From positions 38,750,001 to 38,814,000 of the forward strand of contig OZ024745.1 in NCBI GenBank assembly GCA_964016885.1: DNA of 64,000 nt, read 5' to 3'. Below, one piece after another: positions 15,263-30,534 of the stretch; within the stretch, counting starts at the first letter, position 1; the number at the start of each line of letters is the position of its first letter. A program made the translations under genes and the position numbers. The DNA is from Eledone cirrhosa. Its lineage: Eukaryota. A model generated the notes under the pieces. The model did no database searches and was not told the origin of the DNA. It saw only the letters and a list, made by a program, of their open reading frames with translations.

Positions 15263-15362
<100 letters not shown>

Positions 15363-15495
15363 AGAGAGAGGTCTAACTAATGTGTATAGATTTATCTTTT
15401 GGGAATGATAACATTGACCATGTTCCTTCATATAGCAACATATTAATGGCAAATTATTTAAGGGATGAAGAGGAAGATAATAATTAATATAAGGT

Positions 15496-15597
15496 GACGA
15501 AGAAGAGGAAGAAGAAGAAGGAGGAGGAGGTGAAGAAGAAGAAGAAGAAGAAGAAGAAGAAGAAGAAGAAGAAGAAGAAGAAGAAGAAGAAGAAGAA
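15496..15597. repeat. (GAA)n trinucleotide microsatellite with GGA interruptions
   Basis: Direct reading; a second pure (GAA)n lies at 18121-18223. Confidence 0.95.
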
Positions 15598-15693
15598 AGT
15601 AGTATTGTATGAGCTAAATTAAGGAAAATTGGTCATATTTCCAGAACACATACATACATATATATCTGTGAGTGTGTGTGTGTATGGGTTTGT

Positions 15694-15730
<37 letters not shown>

Positions 15731-17242
15731 TGTGCGTGTGTGTGTTTGTGTGTGTGTCTGTTTATATGTATGCATATATATGTAAGCATCGACAGGGATA
15801 GGACGAATGAGAAAATCTAAAAGAAGTGCAGATGATCGAGATTAAACGATATTAAGTAAAATGGAAAACATTAGACACGTGGGCAAAATACATATATATA
15901 TAGAATATGAAAGAGTGTGTGATTCAGCCAAAAGAAATGTAAAGAATACAGGATCCGGTTTTTCGGATTAAAAACATTATGTAAAAAAAACGTATATGAA
16001 TGGTGGTAGAATAAGTTTGATTGGTAAAGAATCATTTGCCCGTCACTTATATATTACTATTATTATGATTACTATCATTATTGCTATTATTATTATTTTA
16101 TTCGTTTGTGAGTTTCATTTCTGAAATTGTGACAATGCTGGTTCAGATTTATAACCAGAGTTTATTTTTCAATATTCGTCCTTATTTACCATTTGCCGAT
16201 ACGCTAAGTTGCGAAGCATATCAACCTCAGGTCACACAAGAAACATACACAAACGCACAGATAGACACATACACACATACGCGCGGATAGCTGAATGGTT
16301 TGAGAATTGGATGCTATGGTTTCCATCTAAAAAAAAAAATAATATAAAACAAACCCTCACAAGACATTGCTCAACCCTAGGCTATTGTAGACGACACTTG
16401 TTCAAATTGTCATACTATTAGACTAAACTAGAAATCATGTGGTTGCTGGGGAATGATTTATCCACACAATCATGCATGCACCTTATTGCATTACCTTCAG
16501 CTAAACAAACTTTGTTTTATTTCATATCTCTTTAGATTTCTAATTTATTAACGAAAACATTAAAGCTAATTTATATTTATATTCATACACACATATATAT
16601 ATATAATATGTCTGCGCACACACATCGCGCACACAAACACACACATAGATACACACATAAGTATATATGCGTGAGTGTGTTTATGTGTGTGCCTATTAGT
16701 GATTATATTTGTAATGATGCAACACGTTACATGATCTGGTGCAGAATGTACTATTTTATTACTAAAACTAACCAAAGTAATTACTACAAAACATATGATT
16801 ACGTACATAGTTGTATAGAAACGTTGTGTAACATCTCAATATATATTCAATTATACATTAGAAAAATAAGAATGCATGGATAGATGATATTTGATTTATG
16901 ATATATCGAGTATTAATGCGGTTATCTGGAATAACAAATATGTACACAGAGAGCAACTGACAGGTTATTGGATCTTTGATAACAAAAGCAACTTCCACTT
17001 ATAACATTTTAACAATAACGTTTAATGAATATTATACGAGTGACTTCCAATTAAATCATGCATTGTATTATCTTTGATAAACATATTAAATGGAAAACTT
17101 AAATTGATCTCTTTTCATTCGTCTAACGGAAATCAAGATCACATTGCATTTCACACACAAAAGCACAACTACATCCCCATACATAAACACACGCACACTT
17201 GTATACGCATGCATACATATAGTTACATAGACACGTACATGC

Positions 17243-17323
<81 letters not shown>

Positions 17324-17411
17324 TAAACATATGTGCTTATATATTTTTAAAGTTTAGGATATATAAAAATTCCCCTTCCTTCGAAATTTTAGAGATTCAT
17401 TCATATTCTAT

Positions 17412-17447
<36 letters not shown>

Positions 17448-18120
17448 ATAATAATAATAATACTACTACTACTACTACTACTATTATTATTACTACTACT
17501 ACTGCTACTACTACTACTTTATCTGTCTAGCAAGTTAGATGAAATGATATTGTATTTACATGAACATCTATCAGTGGGTTGATTTTACCCCTGGTAATTT
17601 TGATGATGTCATTAAAACCTTGATTCACCTCTACTGTTTGATCAAATAATCAATCAATCAATGGTCTCTGATCGGCTAATGGCGTCGTATGGTGAAACTG
17701 GCGCTGTTTAAATCCGCTGTCTTGGGAGCTCATGCCACTACGCGTCTGATCGTTTACTTAGAGAGTGGGAGAGAGAGAGAGAGAGAGAGAAGGAGGAAAG
17801 AGAATGGGAAGAGAGAGGGAGAGATGAGAGATGAGAGCGAGTGAGAGGGAGAGAAAGATGAGAGATATGAGAATCATTACGCTTGGCAATTACGTATCTG
17901 AAGAAAACTCAATCACTTGAACGTTTTTATTCCTGGACTTATGCTTAATGAGTCAATTATTATTGTAATAATTTGAGGGTAGTGACTTGACAACGACGAT
18001 AGTCGCAAAATATTATCTGCAGCATATATGTAAGAATTTCTACAAGTTGATAAATATACCTCATAGCATTCTTTCCCGTTTCTTACATACATTTGACATG
18101 ATATTACACCTTAAGTGGAC

Positions 18121-18223
18121 GAAGAAGAAGAAGAAGAAGAAGAAGAAGAAGAAGAAGAAGAAGAAGAAGAAGAAGAAGAAGAAGAAGAAGAAGAAGAAGA
18201 AGAAGAAGAAGAAGAAGAAGAAG
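18121..18223. repeat. (GAA)n microsatellite
   Basis: Direct reading; source of the poly-K ORF. Confidence 0.95.
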
Positions 18224-18675
18224 ATACTTATTATTATATTTTGTCATAGTCACGTTGCCAATATTGTCAAGAAAATCACACGCACTGTTTACTTTTCATT
18301 TCACCTTGCAAGAAAAATATATATTGTATAATTTATTGCACATACTCACACACACACCGTCTCTCATTTTTCTGGAATTCAATGGGTGTTTAGACATGGA
18401 AAGTGATAGGCTCCACCAGTTTTAAATGCCCAGGACGAATATCATTAATGCAACCATACGATTCAAGGACATGGCATTGTATAGCATGGTCTGGTTGGGC
18501 ATTATGAACAATTCTACAAGAAAGATTGCATTTATACGAACTTGGAACAAACTTACTGATGGAATGCCACTTTATCGTGAGAATGTGTTATTAGTTTACT
18601 GATATACCATTTTCTTGACAGTGTGAAAAACAACATATTGATTCGTCAAAACATGTGAATAAAATGTTATCAATG

Positions 18676-18780
18676 AAGCATGCTAAGAACTACCGAAATC
18701 TCTACCACATTATATCAGATCTCACTTAATGTATGTGTTGGCATTTTAAGAATTGTAGCAGTAGTAGTCAAGCAGTTTCT

Positions 18781-18836
<56 letters not shown>

Positions 18837-18976
18837 AGAAACACAATTACAAACATGGATCTCTAGTCTGATGCTGCTGCTTGACTACTAATGCTACAAT
18901 TCTTAAAATGCCAACACATATATTAAGTGAGATATGATATAATGTGGGAGATATTTCGGTAGTTCTTAGCATGCTT
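18676..18976. repeat. Inverted repeat with ~100-bp arms (18676-18775 / 18877-18976) around a (TA)n-containing spacer
   Basis: aagcatgctaagaactaccgaaat...gtagtcaagcag versus ctgcttgactac...atttcggtagttcttagcatgctt. Confidence 0.9.
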
Positions 18977-20508
18977 GATTATATATATATATATATATAT
19001 ATCATATGGTAGTATAACTGGTTTGCTTACGTCTAACAAACAAACATATATTCCGCTCTATTTGTTTTAATCATGTCACAGATATCTTAGCAGCCGGCTA
19101 TGAATGCCAAACATTAGCGTTTAAGATTTTGATATCGATTTCCAACGAGGTTTAATCATTTGGTACTTCGAAAAAACGTAGCTAGAAAACAGAGTTTTAT
19201 AAAAGCTAGTTTCTCCTACTGGTTGTTGTATGTGCTTACACCAAACTTATATAAATACAGAAAGCTTTCCAATCATGAGATCTGTCTAGTGAAACTATGT
19301 TTCCTTGATATTTCCATTATTGATATTATTTGCTTGGTGCATCTCCTGGAAAGAGTTGAATTCGAACTCAGCATATTCACAGATGACTAACGACTCTCGA
19401 TTAATACTATATTTTTCGACCTCGATAATATGACAATTAACCTCGGCAAGTTTACCTGAGTGTTAAGAAAACATTACCAGCCACTACTTTGATTTCCAAG
19501 AAACCCGCTTACGCTATTTTCTAAAAATATGTGGTCTTATGATAATATAAGAAATCTATATTTCATAAAATACGGGATAATGTTCAATAATAAATATATT
19601 CGGTTGTTAAGATATAACATATAATGATATATTTGTTGATGCCAAAAGAAAACATCTCGTAATGTAAAATATATTGTAAGAAATAGCTACATTTAAAATG
19701 TATAATAAGACCGATATCGAATACAAACATATTTCTTTTGTAGTTAAAATAAATAATCAAAGAAAATAATCAAATCCCATTTAGTTGTAAATGAATGAAA
19801 TATTATCACCAATATAATGAAAAATCAAACTGTAATATAATAAGATATTCCCGAATAAGAGAATAACACGTTGTTCGTTAACATATTTACAAACCAAAAA
19901 ATACATACAATCTAAAATCAATGGAAATATAGAAGAAATAAATGTGAATTAAATGGAAATATAATAAACAAACTTATAAAGATGATAACGAATGCTATAA
20001 GCGTTTCTAGAACTTCCTAATCAACACATTAAATACCTTAAATAAACAATAGGGTTAGGAAATGAAGCTTCTTAGATGTAAACACTACACAAAACCCCGA
20101 CGACTGTATTCAATGCACAATAAATAGTATTGATTGTTATTGTTCGTCCCCATTAACAAAGGAATTTAGAAAAACAAATACAAAATCAAAATAAAAAAGT
20201 ACAAATCAAAAATGAAACATATTTGTGTAAAATATATTTATTTATTTCTAATAATGCAAATGTTTATATTTCATCGACTTAATTAATTGTTCTAATTTTG
20301 TAGATTATAGAATATATAGTGTTTGCTGTAACTCAGTTATCAAATTTTCATTGAACCATTGGTATATTCGTTCATGATTTTTTCATGTATGCAAGTGTAA
20401 ACAAACAGGTTGACTTAAGAAGCATTTGGCAATTTGAAATTTCAGGTATTTACGTCCCAATGGAAATTAGCACGATAATATACGATCATTATAAATAGAG
20501 TGTCAATT

Positions 20509-20695
20509 GGCAGATGAATTGGCAGTATCGGTAGCGGGTCGGACATGCTTTCTTGCATTGAGTTACGTCCCTTTACAATCTGAGTTCAAATCCCGCCGAG
20601 GTTAACTTTACCTTTCCTCCATACGGGGACGATAAAATAAAGTACCAGTAATGTACTGTGTAATAGTTGGCCTTGTGCCAAAAGTAGAAACAATT
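20509..20695 (+). mobile_element. tRNA-derived Nin-core SINE, full length
   Basis: A box, B box, core and tail ttggccttgtgccaaaagtagaaac; a 13-bp direct repeat attataaatagag at 20488-20500 and 20693-20705 may be a target-site duplication. Confidence 0.9.
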
Positions 20696-20726
20696 ATAAA
20701 TAGAGCCTCAGACAGTATAGAATTAT

Positions 20727-20856
20727 GACCCTTTACTTTCTGAGTTCAAACACCGCTGAGGTTAATTTGCCTTTTATCCTAACGTGGTCGGTAAAATACA
20801 GCTCCAGTAATGAACAGGAATAATTGTTGACCTTGTGCCAAAAGTAGAAACGATTA
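20727..20856 (+). mobile_element. 5'-truncated SINE copy in tandem with the previous one
   Basis: ctgagttcaaacaccgctgaggttaatttgcctttt..ccttgtgccaaaagtagaaac. Confidence 0.8.
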
Positions 20857-20939
20857 TAGATATGTATTTGCTAAGTCAGGTGAAGAAGAAACTAATAAAT
20901 TAGACATGGATGCATTGAAAGATACTGTCGAATCAATGC

Positions 20940-21560
20940 CTGATACATCGTGTCGACACTGCCTGACAAGAGGTACGTTTGTTACTGATAACTTCAAAAA
21001 CTAAAATCATGCATTTGAGGACATCCACTCTCAGTCAAGTACTTCTGATAGGACACCTAAAGAACTGGTTGAATAATTTAAATATCTGGAGTGTTACACT
21101 GATCTTGAGCATAATATGACGGCCAGAATTGTTTAAGCATGCAGTGCAATAAATTCACTACAAACAGTCTGGAAAGCGCCAATCCCAAGATCTACGAAGA
21201 GAAAAATCTTCAAACTATGTTTGGAACCATATTAATATATGGTTCAGAATCTAGGAGTCTCAGTGGTGCTCACACGATGGGATATCTAGGCTACACCAAG
21301 ATGTTACATGTGGTGTTTAACATTTCGTGGCTATTTCCCACTAATGACATAGTTCTTTATAATCATATGCCACGAGATTCACAGTAAGTTCGGTCCAGTC
21401 GCCTGGCTCATGCTGGTCGTGTTTCCGCCAAATGAACCTTCAGGGAATCTGCTTCTCTGGTTACGAGGTGCAAAACGTCGACTAGTATTGCCGAATATAA
21501 ATATCAACATTCTGATCGTGAGGTACCCTGGTCTCACTGCTTGGCATCCTCCTGCTGCGA
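20940..21560 (+). mobile_element. Decayed RTE-type LINE 3' fragment
   Basis: FKYL.., ILIYGSES, YTKMLHVVFNISW..PTNDIVLYNHMP and RLAHAG motifs in broken frames. Confidence 0.65.
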
Positions 21561-21918
21561 TGAGAAATTGGAATGTCAGAAACTAGTACTTGTGCTTGCT
21601 TCACCTTAGATGTTGGGATGTATCAAGAGAAGCATTGGAACACAAATATTTCAAATTTCATATTTCAGCAACGCCTTCTTAAGGCAACCGCTCTTCTAAA
21701 AGTACGGTGTTATAGGCTAACGGGTTTTGTAGTGGTATGGTTAAAACATGTGATAGACGCAAGGACATCTCTTCATTTCTTGCATCTCCGCTGGTCTTAG
21801 ATGATGTCATCAATTACTATTTATAACGTTCATTTTGTTTAGAAAAAACAAGCATAATTACAGCGAGAGAGAGAGAGAGGAGGAGGGGAGAGGTTATATA
21901 TATATATGTAAATATATA

Positions 21919-21989
<71 letters not shown>

Positions 21990-22802
21990 TGTACTCGTTT
22001 ATGGATACATTTCTATGTTATTTCATGATATATATTGTTTATGTCTTCACTCATATTTGTATTATCTTATCCTTTTCTCCCCACTTAAGTAATTACCACA
22101 TACGTTTGAGTAAATTTTGGCGTGTCAGCGTTCGACCATACTATGACTGTTACTAAACCTTAAATATATACGCCACCATACTCATTCTCGCCAAATGATA
22201 TTACAAGGCATAAGATTATCTACATGGTTATTTCCAAATCGCTGCTGTGCGACAAAAGATATTCTGCAATTAATTTATTGAACGCACGTTATTATTATAT
22301 ATTTAGATATATAACTAGATGTTAACTGTTTTCATTTAAGGTATTACGTGTCACGAAGTTTAAAATCAATATTAATGTATCAGGGAATTACAATCAAACA
22401 TTATCAGTGCATTAATGTATCGCTGAATTATAAATAAACATATATTTATGCAGTTAGAGAGCAGCAATAAAGAAATACGCCAGTTAGCCTATTACGCTTA
22501 ATGCATTATATTACATACATAATCGTTGTATGATATTCATACAGATATTCACATTATCTTTGAAAGAAGTATATTATAAAATGACGTGTAACCAGCCACA
22601 CGTGCCTTTTCAATTAGATATTTGTTTATATGAACATAGATAATGAAATTAAATGACATGTTTTAAAGTAAGCAATATGTAATATGTTATCATTTATCGT
22701 ACTCGCCTACGAACTCTTAGCAAGTGGATATAAATGGTGTTTCGTATGTATTATGCGGTACCAATCAATATATACACATCTAGAATATGTAACACACATT
22801 TA

Positions 22803-22874
<72 letters not shown>

Positions 22875-23086
22875 TCTCTCCCTCAACCTATCATTCTGGC
22901 CTTCACACACTCGAGCAGATGCAAACATAGATACACACGTGCACTTATGAGAATTCTACATGGGTTCTTAAAACATTTCCAATGACTAGATTGATATATT
23001 GTAAATCTTGTGTTTCAAAAAGCATGCACCTTGTCCATCTGCATGCTTTTATATATATATATACATACATACACAAACACACACAA

Positions 23087-23161
<75 letters not shown>

Positions 23162-25315
23162 CACACACATACACACACACACATATATATATATATGTAT
23201 ATAATAATAATTATTATTATAATATAGTAATAATTATAATATTAATGGGAATAAGTATACTTAGTTACAGGGTTTTTTTTCGATATCCGCAATGAGGGTC
23301 ACGCACAGCGGTTACACATTAATATTGTATACAAATCCTGAGTGTTAAGGCATTTACACACTTACAGTTTTTTACATGTTTTGAGTCGTATATAGTGAGT
23401 TATTTTATTTAATAGCCTACGATTAATGCTTATATCACATGTGTCTTCAGAGTAAATTAAAATGCTACTGTAGTCAACTGAAAATAATACTTAGAACATA
23501 AAAACATGTATGTATATATACATATGAAAGTATGTAGCAATGTATGTATGAATGAAAGTATGTATGAATATGTGTATGCATGTTTATGATATATTCTCAT
23601 TCGTATGATCATTGTGTCGATATGTATGTGTACATGCCAGCTATGAAATTGAATCGCTCACGGTGTTGTGTATGCGAGTATCATCAGCATTTCGGAAATT
23701 AAATGGCGCAAAATTTCATTAAGTTTTCTTCAAATATAAAATAATATTCTTAAGAATATTTTCGAAGTGTGTAATATAATATCGGTGTGATCGAACTGCT
23801 CTAAATCGATATGGTAATTGTTTCGTAACCACCATGTGTCTGGTGATATAGAAGAAACTGTTGTGCAATTGTCTTGGACTGATTATTTTCTCTCTAAACT
23901 TTACTCTATTTCTATTTGATATCAATTATACGGAAAACAGATAACATACGTGTAACGATGGTGTTTTTGTTTTCGTCGTCATTCTTGTTAGCCTCTACTT
24001 TTGTTGCTGTTGTTATTTCTCTTTCTCTTGTTATTGCTTTATTTATTGTGTTATTTTTCTTTCATATCTTTATTCAAGATGTGGTCGGTATTTCGAAGAG
24101 GAAATTCGTTTCGTTTCGGTTTGCGCTTTTTAAATTTGATCATTCGTTTTCGTCTTCATATTTCTATTTTGATGAATGTATTGTTTCCATGATTTTATTG
24201 GTGCTACTGTGTTTATTAATTTATTGGTATTGCTTTTAGGGATGTGTTCGTGTAAAATTTGGTGTTTTGTTTTTATTTATGTTGAAGGGCGTTCAAAAGC
24301 AGTTTACTGAATGCAGATCAATAGATCGATCGCATCAATTAAGACAGAAATTCTATTTTGATATTGTTAGTAGTTTAGAATTAAATTTGTTCTATTGCAT
24401 AATTGTAGAAAGAAACGGAAAATTACTTTCTATGTTTATAACGTGCTTCAGAAATAACGCAAAAAACAACAAACAGCTAGAGTTTATTATCTTAAAAACA
24501 TGCATATCTATCGCATGACTACCGTTAAATGTATATAGTTCACTCACTTCAATTGGTTGTGCATGTGCTAATGTCATGCATTGCTTTCTATTATATTCCT
24601 ATATATCAATTGCACATCAACAATTACCTCGTTATGTTCTTGTAAAGAAGCTCATACATGATTTTCTACGCAGTCGTATACGGGAACACAGTATTCTATC
24701 GGATAAATGGTGAATGAGAAATAAAAAAAAACTATGTTTTGCACGTGTCACTAAGAGGACATAACGTTAATAAATTCCTCCTTAAAAAAAAACATATGTA
24801 AAACAGAAAATGATTCAACGAACCGACGAATCAGTTGCATAAAACACTCAATTAACTTTTACGAAATCGCAGATACTGCAAATAATAAGGAACGCAACTA
24901 TTGTACCCCACTAACTGCTGTCTGTAAAAGTCCAAATACATTTAGTGTTCAGGGAATGACAGATACGACAGGGATAAATTTACAATTATTTTCAGGAAAA
25001 AAGGTCCAAATATAACAGCAATAAAAACAACAGATTAATAACGATTACATTGGATGAACTTATATCTAGTTTGACCTGGGTTTTTAAAACTTTGAATGGG
25101 ATAACATTGCCTATATCGCCAGTCGGAATATACCAAGAGGATTTTTAGAGACGTTCATTCCAAATTCCTTTCCGTCCCCAAAGAAAATGTATCCATATTC
25201 GACTATTTGAAATCTATCATATGATTTATGACAGCCTTTCATATCAAAATAAATTAAATTCATACACAACACAAGCACATCAAACACACACGCACACACA
25301 CACACACACAAACAA

Positions 25316-25346
<31 letters not shown>

Positions 25347-26686
25347 CTTAGTTCTTTCAAAGCATTGTTATAGTCGTATGTTAAACATTAACCACCTCGA
25401 GAATATTTGAAATATATATTTTGTTGATCTGTGTGTATTATCTGAAATTAAATATTTGAACATTAAATTCGTTGAAAATAAACAGTAATGCGAATTAAAA
25501 GGACGGATTCTTTAAGAATATTTGTAAATATATTGTTATCATTTTCTATTGCAACCATTATTTCTTCTATGTAAATTACGATCTTAATGTAATTCATAAG
25601 ATGAAATAAGAATACTATTCAAATTGAAACCGACAAACGCATTAAAGAGTAACAAATCGAAACACATACACATTCACACAATATCATACACCATACACTC
25701 ACATACACACGCAGACACAAAATGTATAAACATATAAGCGTATGTGAGTATATGTATGTGTGTGAGTGTCTATATACAAGCACTTATCATAATATACTTA
25801 ATGAAATTGCTTGGCTTAATAGAGTGAACTATTTTAATGTATTGCATGAAAGTTTATAAATGTCTAAACGTTTAAAATAATAGCCAGTATAGCGAGATCT
25901 GAATTAACAGACACATTATATATAAACATATATACATATAAATATACGTAAAACATATACACGCATATACATGCATTGAAACGCGCACACACTCCCCCTT
26001 ATACACGAACAAACGCACACAAAAATTCTATTACAGGCTTGCATGTAGGTACGAGTGTAAGGGTATCATGTTGTAATTTAACGTATATGTGTGCGTACAC
26101 ACTCGCGTCAATGTATGCATGCGAGAATGTGCGTGTGCGAACATGTGGTGGTTTAATATTTAATTTACATTGTTTTCAAATCATACAGATGAGTAATTCT
26201 CATCAGAGATTGACTTTGTAATAGATATGCCAAGAAAACTTAATGAATTACAATTATTTTCAGACTAAAAGTTTCGCAAAATGTGCAAATTCCATTTGTG
26301 GTCACTACAAGAGCAACACGTATTTAACAATATCATACATACGCCATCATACATACATACACGCACACGCACAAACACACACATACACACTCACACACGT
26401 AAGCACACACACACGAACCCCCACACACACACACACACACTCACACATACACACACACACACACACAAACACACAGATAAATATATACATATATAATACA
26501 AGTGGAAGCTTAGTAAAATCGAAGCCTTGGCTGTGGCCAAGCAAAATTAACCTACAATAAGGAATGACTAGCAAAGCACTCAATAAGGGTAGATGCTTAC
26601 GTTTAAATAGCTTGACGATCTGAAAATGGCCGTAGGCAAAACCGAACAATACAATACCAATACAACAAAAGAACTAATCAGGTTAA

Positions 26687-26738
<52 letters not shown>

Positions 26739-26887
26739 TATAGAGAAAAATACTGCAGGTAGCACATGGATAACATGTAATAAAATAAGTCCCTCATCAG
26801 TGATTTGCCGAAGATCATAGATATTTCATTGCATTGAAAATCATATATCTCACTTCGGTGCAATAATAACCAAAATAAGTTAATATA

Positions 26888-27010
26888 TAAGTTTATTATT
26901 ATTACTATATATATATATATATATAAGTTTATTATTATTACTATATATATATATATATATAAGTTTATTATTATTACTATATATATATATATATATAAGT
27001 TTATTATTAT

Positions 27011-27051
<41 letters not shown>

Positions 27052-27092
27052 TTTATTATTATTACTATATATATATATATATATATATAGTA
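26888..27092. repeat. Compound minisatellite, 5 units of AAGTTTATTATTATTAC(TA)n
   Basis: Direct reading; unit length varies only in the TA tract. Confidence 0.9.
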
Positions 27093-27096
27093 ATAA

Positions 27097-27281
27097 TTTT
27101 TTCTACTTTAGGCACAAGGCCAGCAAATACCCAGTGCATTACTGGTACTTTATTTTATCGACCCCGTAAGGATGAAAGGCAAAGTCAACCTCGGCGGGAT
27201 TTGAACTCAGATCGTAAAGGGACGTAACTATGCTGGAAAGCATGACGTCCGACCCTCTACCGATACTGCCAATCCGCCGCC
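27097..27281 (-). mobile_element. tRNA-derived Nin-core SINE, full length
   Basis: Reverse complement of the SINE family sequence, including A box, B box, core and tail. Confidence 0.9.
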
Positions 27282-27474
27282 CTATATAGTAATAATAATA
27301 ATAAATTTGAAGACTAAAATCCAAAGAGGGCTCGATAAGGATAAACATATATCAAATATATAAGAACCGTAGAGCAAATATTTATTAAAATAACAGATTA
27401 AAGTTTAAAATAACAGATTAAAGTTTAAATAACAGATTAAACTTTAATGTGTTATTTTAATAAATAAATATTCC

Positions 27475-29124
27475 ACTTATTACAATGAAGCTCTTGCTCG
27501 GAGTGGATTTGTCGATAAGGTAGCATATACAGGGTACGAAAATAGACCTAGAAGAAATAGATCCCGTCGCATTTGTTGGTATAACCCACCATATAATATG
27601 GAGGTGGCCACACCATTAACTAAGATCTTTATTTCCCTTATTACGAAGCATTTTCCCCCTACACATAAATATAGTAACATTTTTAATAGAAATACTATTA
27701 ACATTTCTTACTCTACGACTCCTAACCTTGCACATAACATCACAGCTTCAAATTTAGCTAAACTACCTAGCCGTAGGAACACGTGCAACCCTGTAGTTAG
27801 TACTAACTGTAATTGTAGGAATCTGGTTGATTGCCCCCTATCCGGGAAATGCCTCGCTAGTAACATTGTTTACAAATGTAAGGTTGAAACACCCACGTCC
27901 CGTAGGTCCTACATAGGGTTAACCGCCAATAGATTCAAGCAGCGTCTTTACATGCATACCCATTATTTTCCTTACGCTCTAAAAGGAATATGACGTCACT
28001 TTCAGCTTATATCTGGAGTCTAAAGTACAACCACACCCAATATAAGTTACACTGGGAGATCCTAGCTAGGGCTAGATCGTATAACGGAAATAAAAGACCC
28101 CCCCACGTTATACCCTAACGGATAGTACGATCTATACGTGGATATTTTACGTCTTGATGTGGTAGCTAAGTATATGTGTTGTTTATACCATTACTTATTT
28201 GCATAGGTAAGTATATATTACCTGTATGTTTTGTGAAGGTACGTATACCTTCTCGTACCTATATTTGATTGTATATGTTATGGCGTATAATTTTATATTT
28301 CTGGTACATATGGTTTGGTTATGTGTATACGGGAGTTTTGCGTATGTGTGAGTATGCAGGTTCGTACGTATGTAGGGTGTGTGTATATGTGTACTTCATG
28401 TTTTGGTTGTCTTACGTCTCCGAACATTTGTGTATTTACATGTAGGTATGTGTGTGCCCTTGTTATATACGTATTTATTTATTTATATACGTTTATTTAA
28501 TTATTTATTTATTTGTATACACGCATACAAACACACACATATTCATATGTGCGTGGTTTTGTATACCTATGGTAAGTGTTTTCGCGTATGCTTGTGTATG
28601 TACGTATTTGTATGCGTGTATGTATTTATTTAATTTCTATTACTTCTGTATTGTATTTTTTATTTGTTCTTAAATCTGAAGCGGAGATTCATTCGGTCAC
28701 CTAGTTAGAATTTTAGTGTGCGACTTCTACTATACCTTTTACGTGGTTTTGCGTGCAACTGTTCTCCACGGTCCACATATAACGTATTATCTTCGTATTT
28801 TTCGTTCATTGTCAGAGAACGTCTCTATGAACCACCTAAGAGAGCATTAGTCTACACCCTCTTTTATAGCATAGACGTGGTTCTGTCTTTGCGCGTAATT
28901 GTTTTTCACCGCTCCTATTAATGACGTATTATATTCGTTTTTTCCCGTTCTTTGCCAGGGAACGTTTCCACGAACCAAAGTATCGGCTTCCTGTCTTACT
29001 CCGGTTGTAACGTTTTATGAAATATCCACTTCTGCGTTTACAGATTGACTTTGTTAGTTTCAGAAGATCGCGTTAAGGGTGAAAGCAGCGATTCTTTGCT
29101 TAAACTTTAATCTGTTATTTTAAT

Positions 29125-29127
<3 letters not shown>
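27475..29127 (+). mobile_element. 5'-truncated Penelope-like element (Naiad-type): RT-thumb end, GIY-YIG endonuclease and 3' region
   Basis: Frame 27481-27993 reads YNEALARSG..WYNPPYN..KHFPPTHKYSNIFNRNTINISYS..CNCRNLVDCPLSGKC..NIVY..YIGLT..FKQR; after a frameshift SLSAYIWSLK..WEIL. The CxCx5C knuckle is characteristic of Naiad PLEs. Confidence 0.88.
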
Positions 29128-29582
<455 letters not shown>

Positions 29583-30534
29583 CTTATTTGGGGAAGGTCA
29601 TAGTGTTATAATATTGCCAGAAATAATAATAAAACACGCTCACTGTTTAGGTTTTAGTTGGTTTCCGCTTCTGTATATTTCTTATCCCTATAGTTGATTT
29701 ATTTGGCAATCAATGTTTATCATTGATTGACCAACGGTTAAAATACATATATATATTTCTGATTATTTCAAATGAATGGCACAATTCTAGTCCTATATAA
29801 GTGATGTGTATATAATAAAAAATGTATACACTCTACCAATGCATTGTATGTATGTGTTTGAGATATGACCCCTTAGCCTTTATCAAGGCAGAATTCTAGG
29901 AGAAGGAAATCTCTGATATAACACCTGCAACCCTGATGGTATCCAATGATGTTGACTTGTTCTTCTTTTTGGTAAATATCATCTTGGTTAAGAGAGGGGG
30001 ACTGGCTTTGTGCAGTGCTTTTGCTCACTATAAAAGCTTCACGCCACAGGCATTGCTTTATATCTGGTGATCTCTCTGGACTTGTCGTTACATGGTACCA
30101 TGGGGCCAGCACTATGTGTCAATAATTGTCACAAGTGTAGTGTTTGTACCTGAGTTTTCAAGTCGCTGGCTGGACTAAAAAGTCTCCCTCGTTCAGCGCA
30201 ACGGGTTCTACTCCATGAATATAAATTAGTGGCCGTACTCGAAAACGAGTTGGCAGCCACCATGTATGTACGTACGTGATTAGTTTCCATTGTACTGAAG
30301 TCTCATCAGTACTGAAATTATTACGAATCTTTGCAATCAACTATAACTTGTAAAAACCCGTGTTCATTCTTGCATATCGAGCCCCGCATGCTGTTCCGAG
30401 ATACGGACAGATTGCATGAATATATCAAACCCTTTAGATGAGTAATATGAATATACATAAATAGCAATACAGCAAGTCACTATATAATAAGAATTAACTA
30501 ATTTAAATAAACAAAATAAATCACCCACACTCAC

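Noticed and set aside
20509-20600. tRNA gene call from A/B boxes
   Set aside because: The boxes belong to the head of a multi-copy SINE; no cloverleaf is evident
26775-26815. Minus-strand CTGATGAGGGAC
   Set aside because: No downstream GAAA core; CTGAAGA near 43783 was rejected for the same reason
26888-27092. Regularly spaced repeats resembling a CRISPR array
   Set aside because: The spacers are only (TA)n, there are no cas genes and the context is eukaryotic
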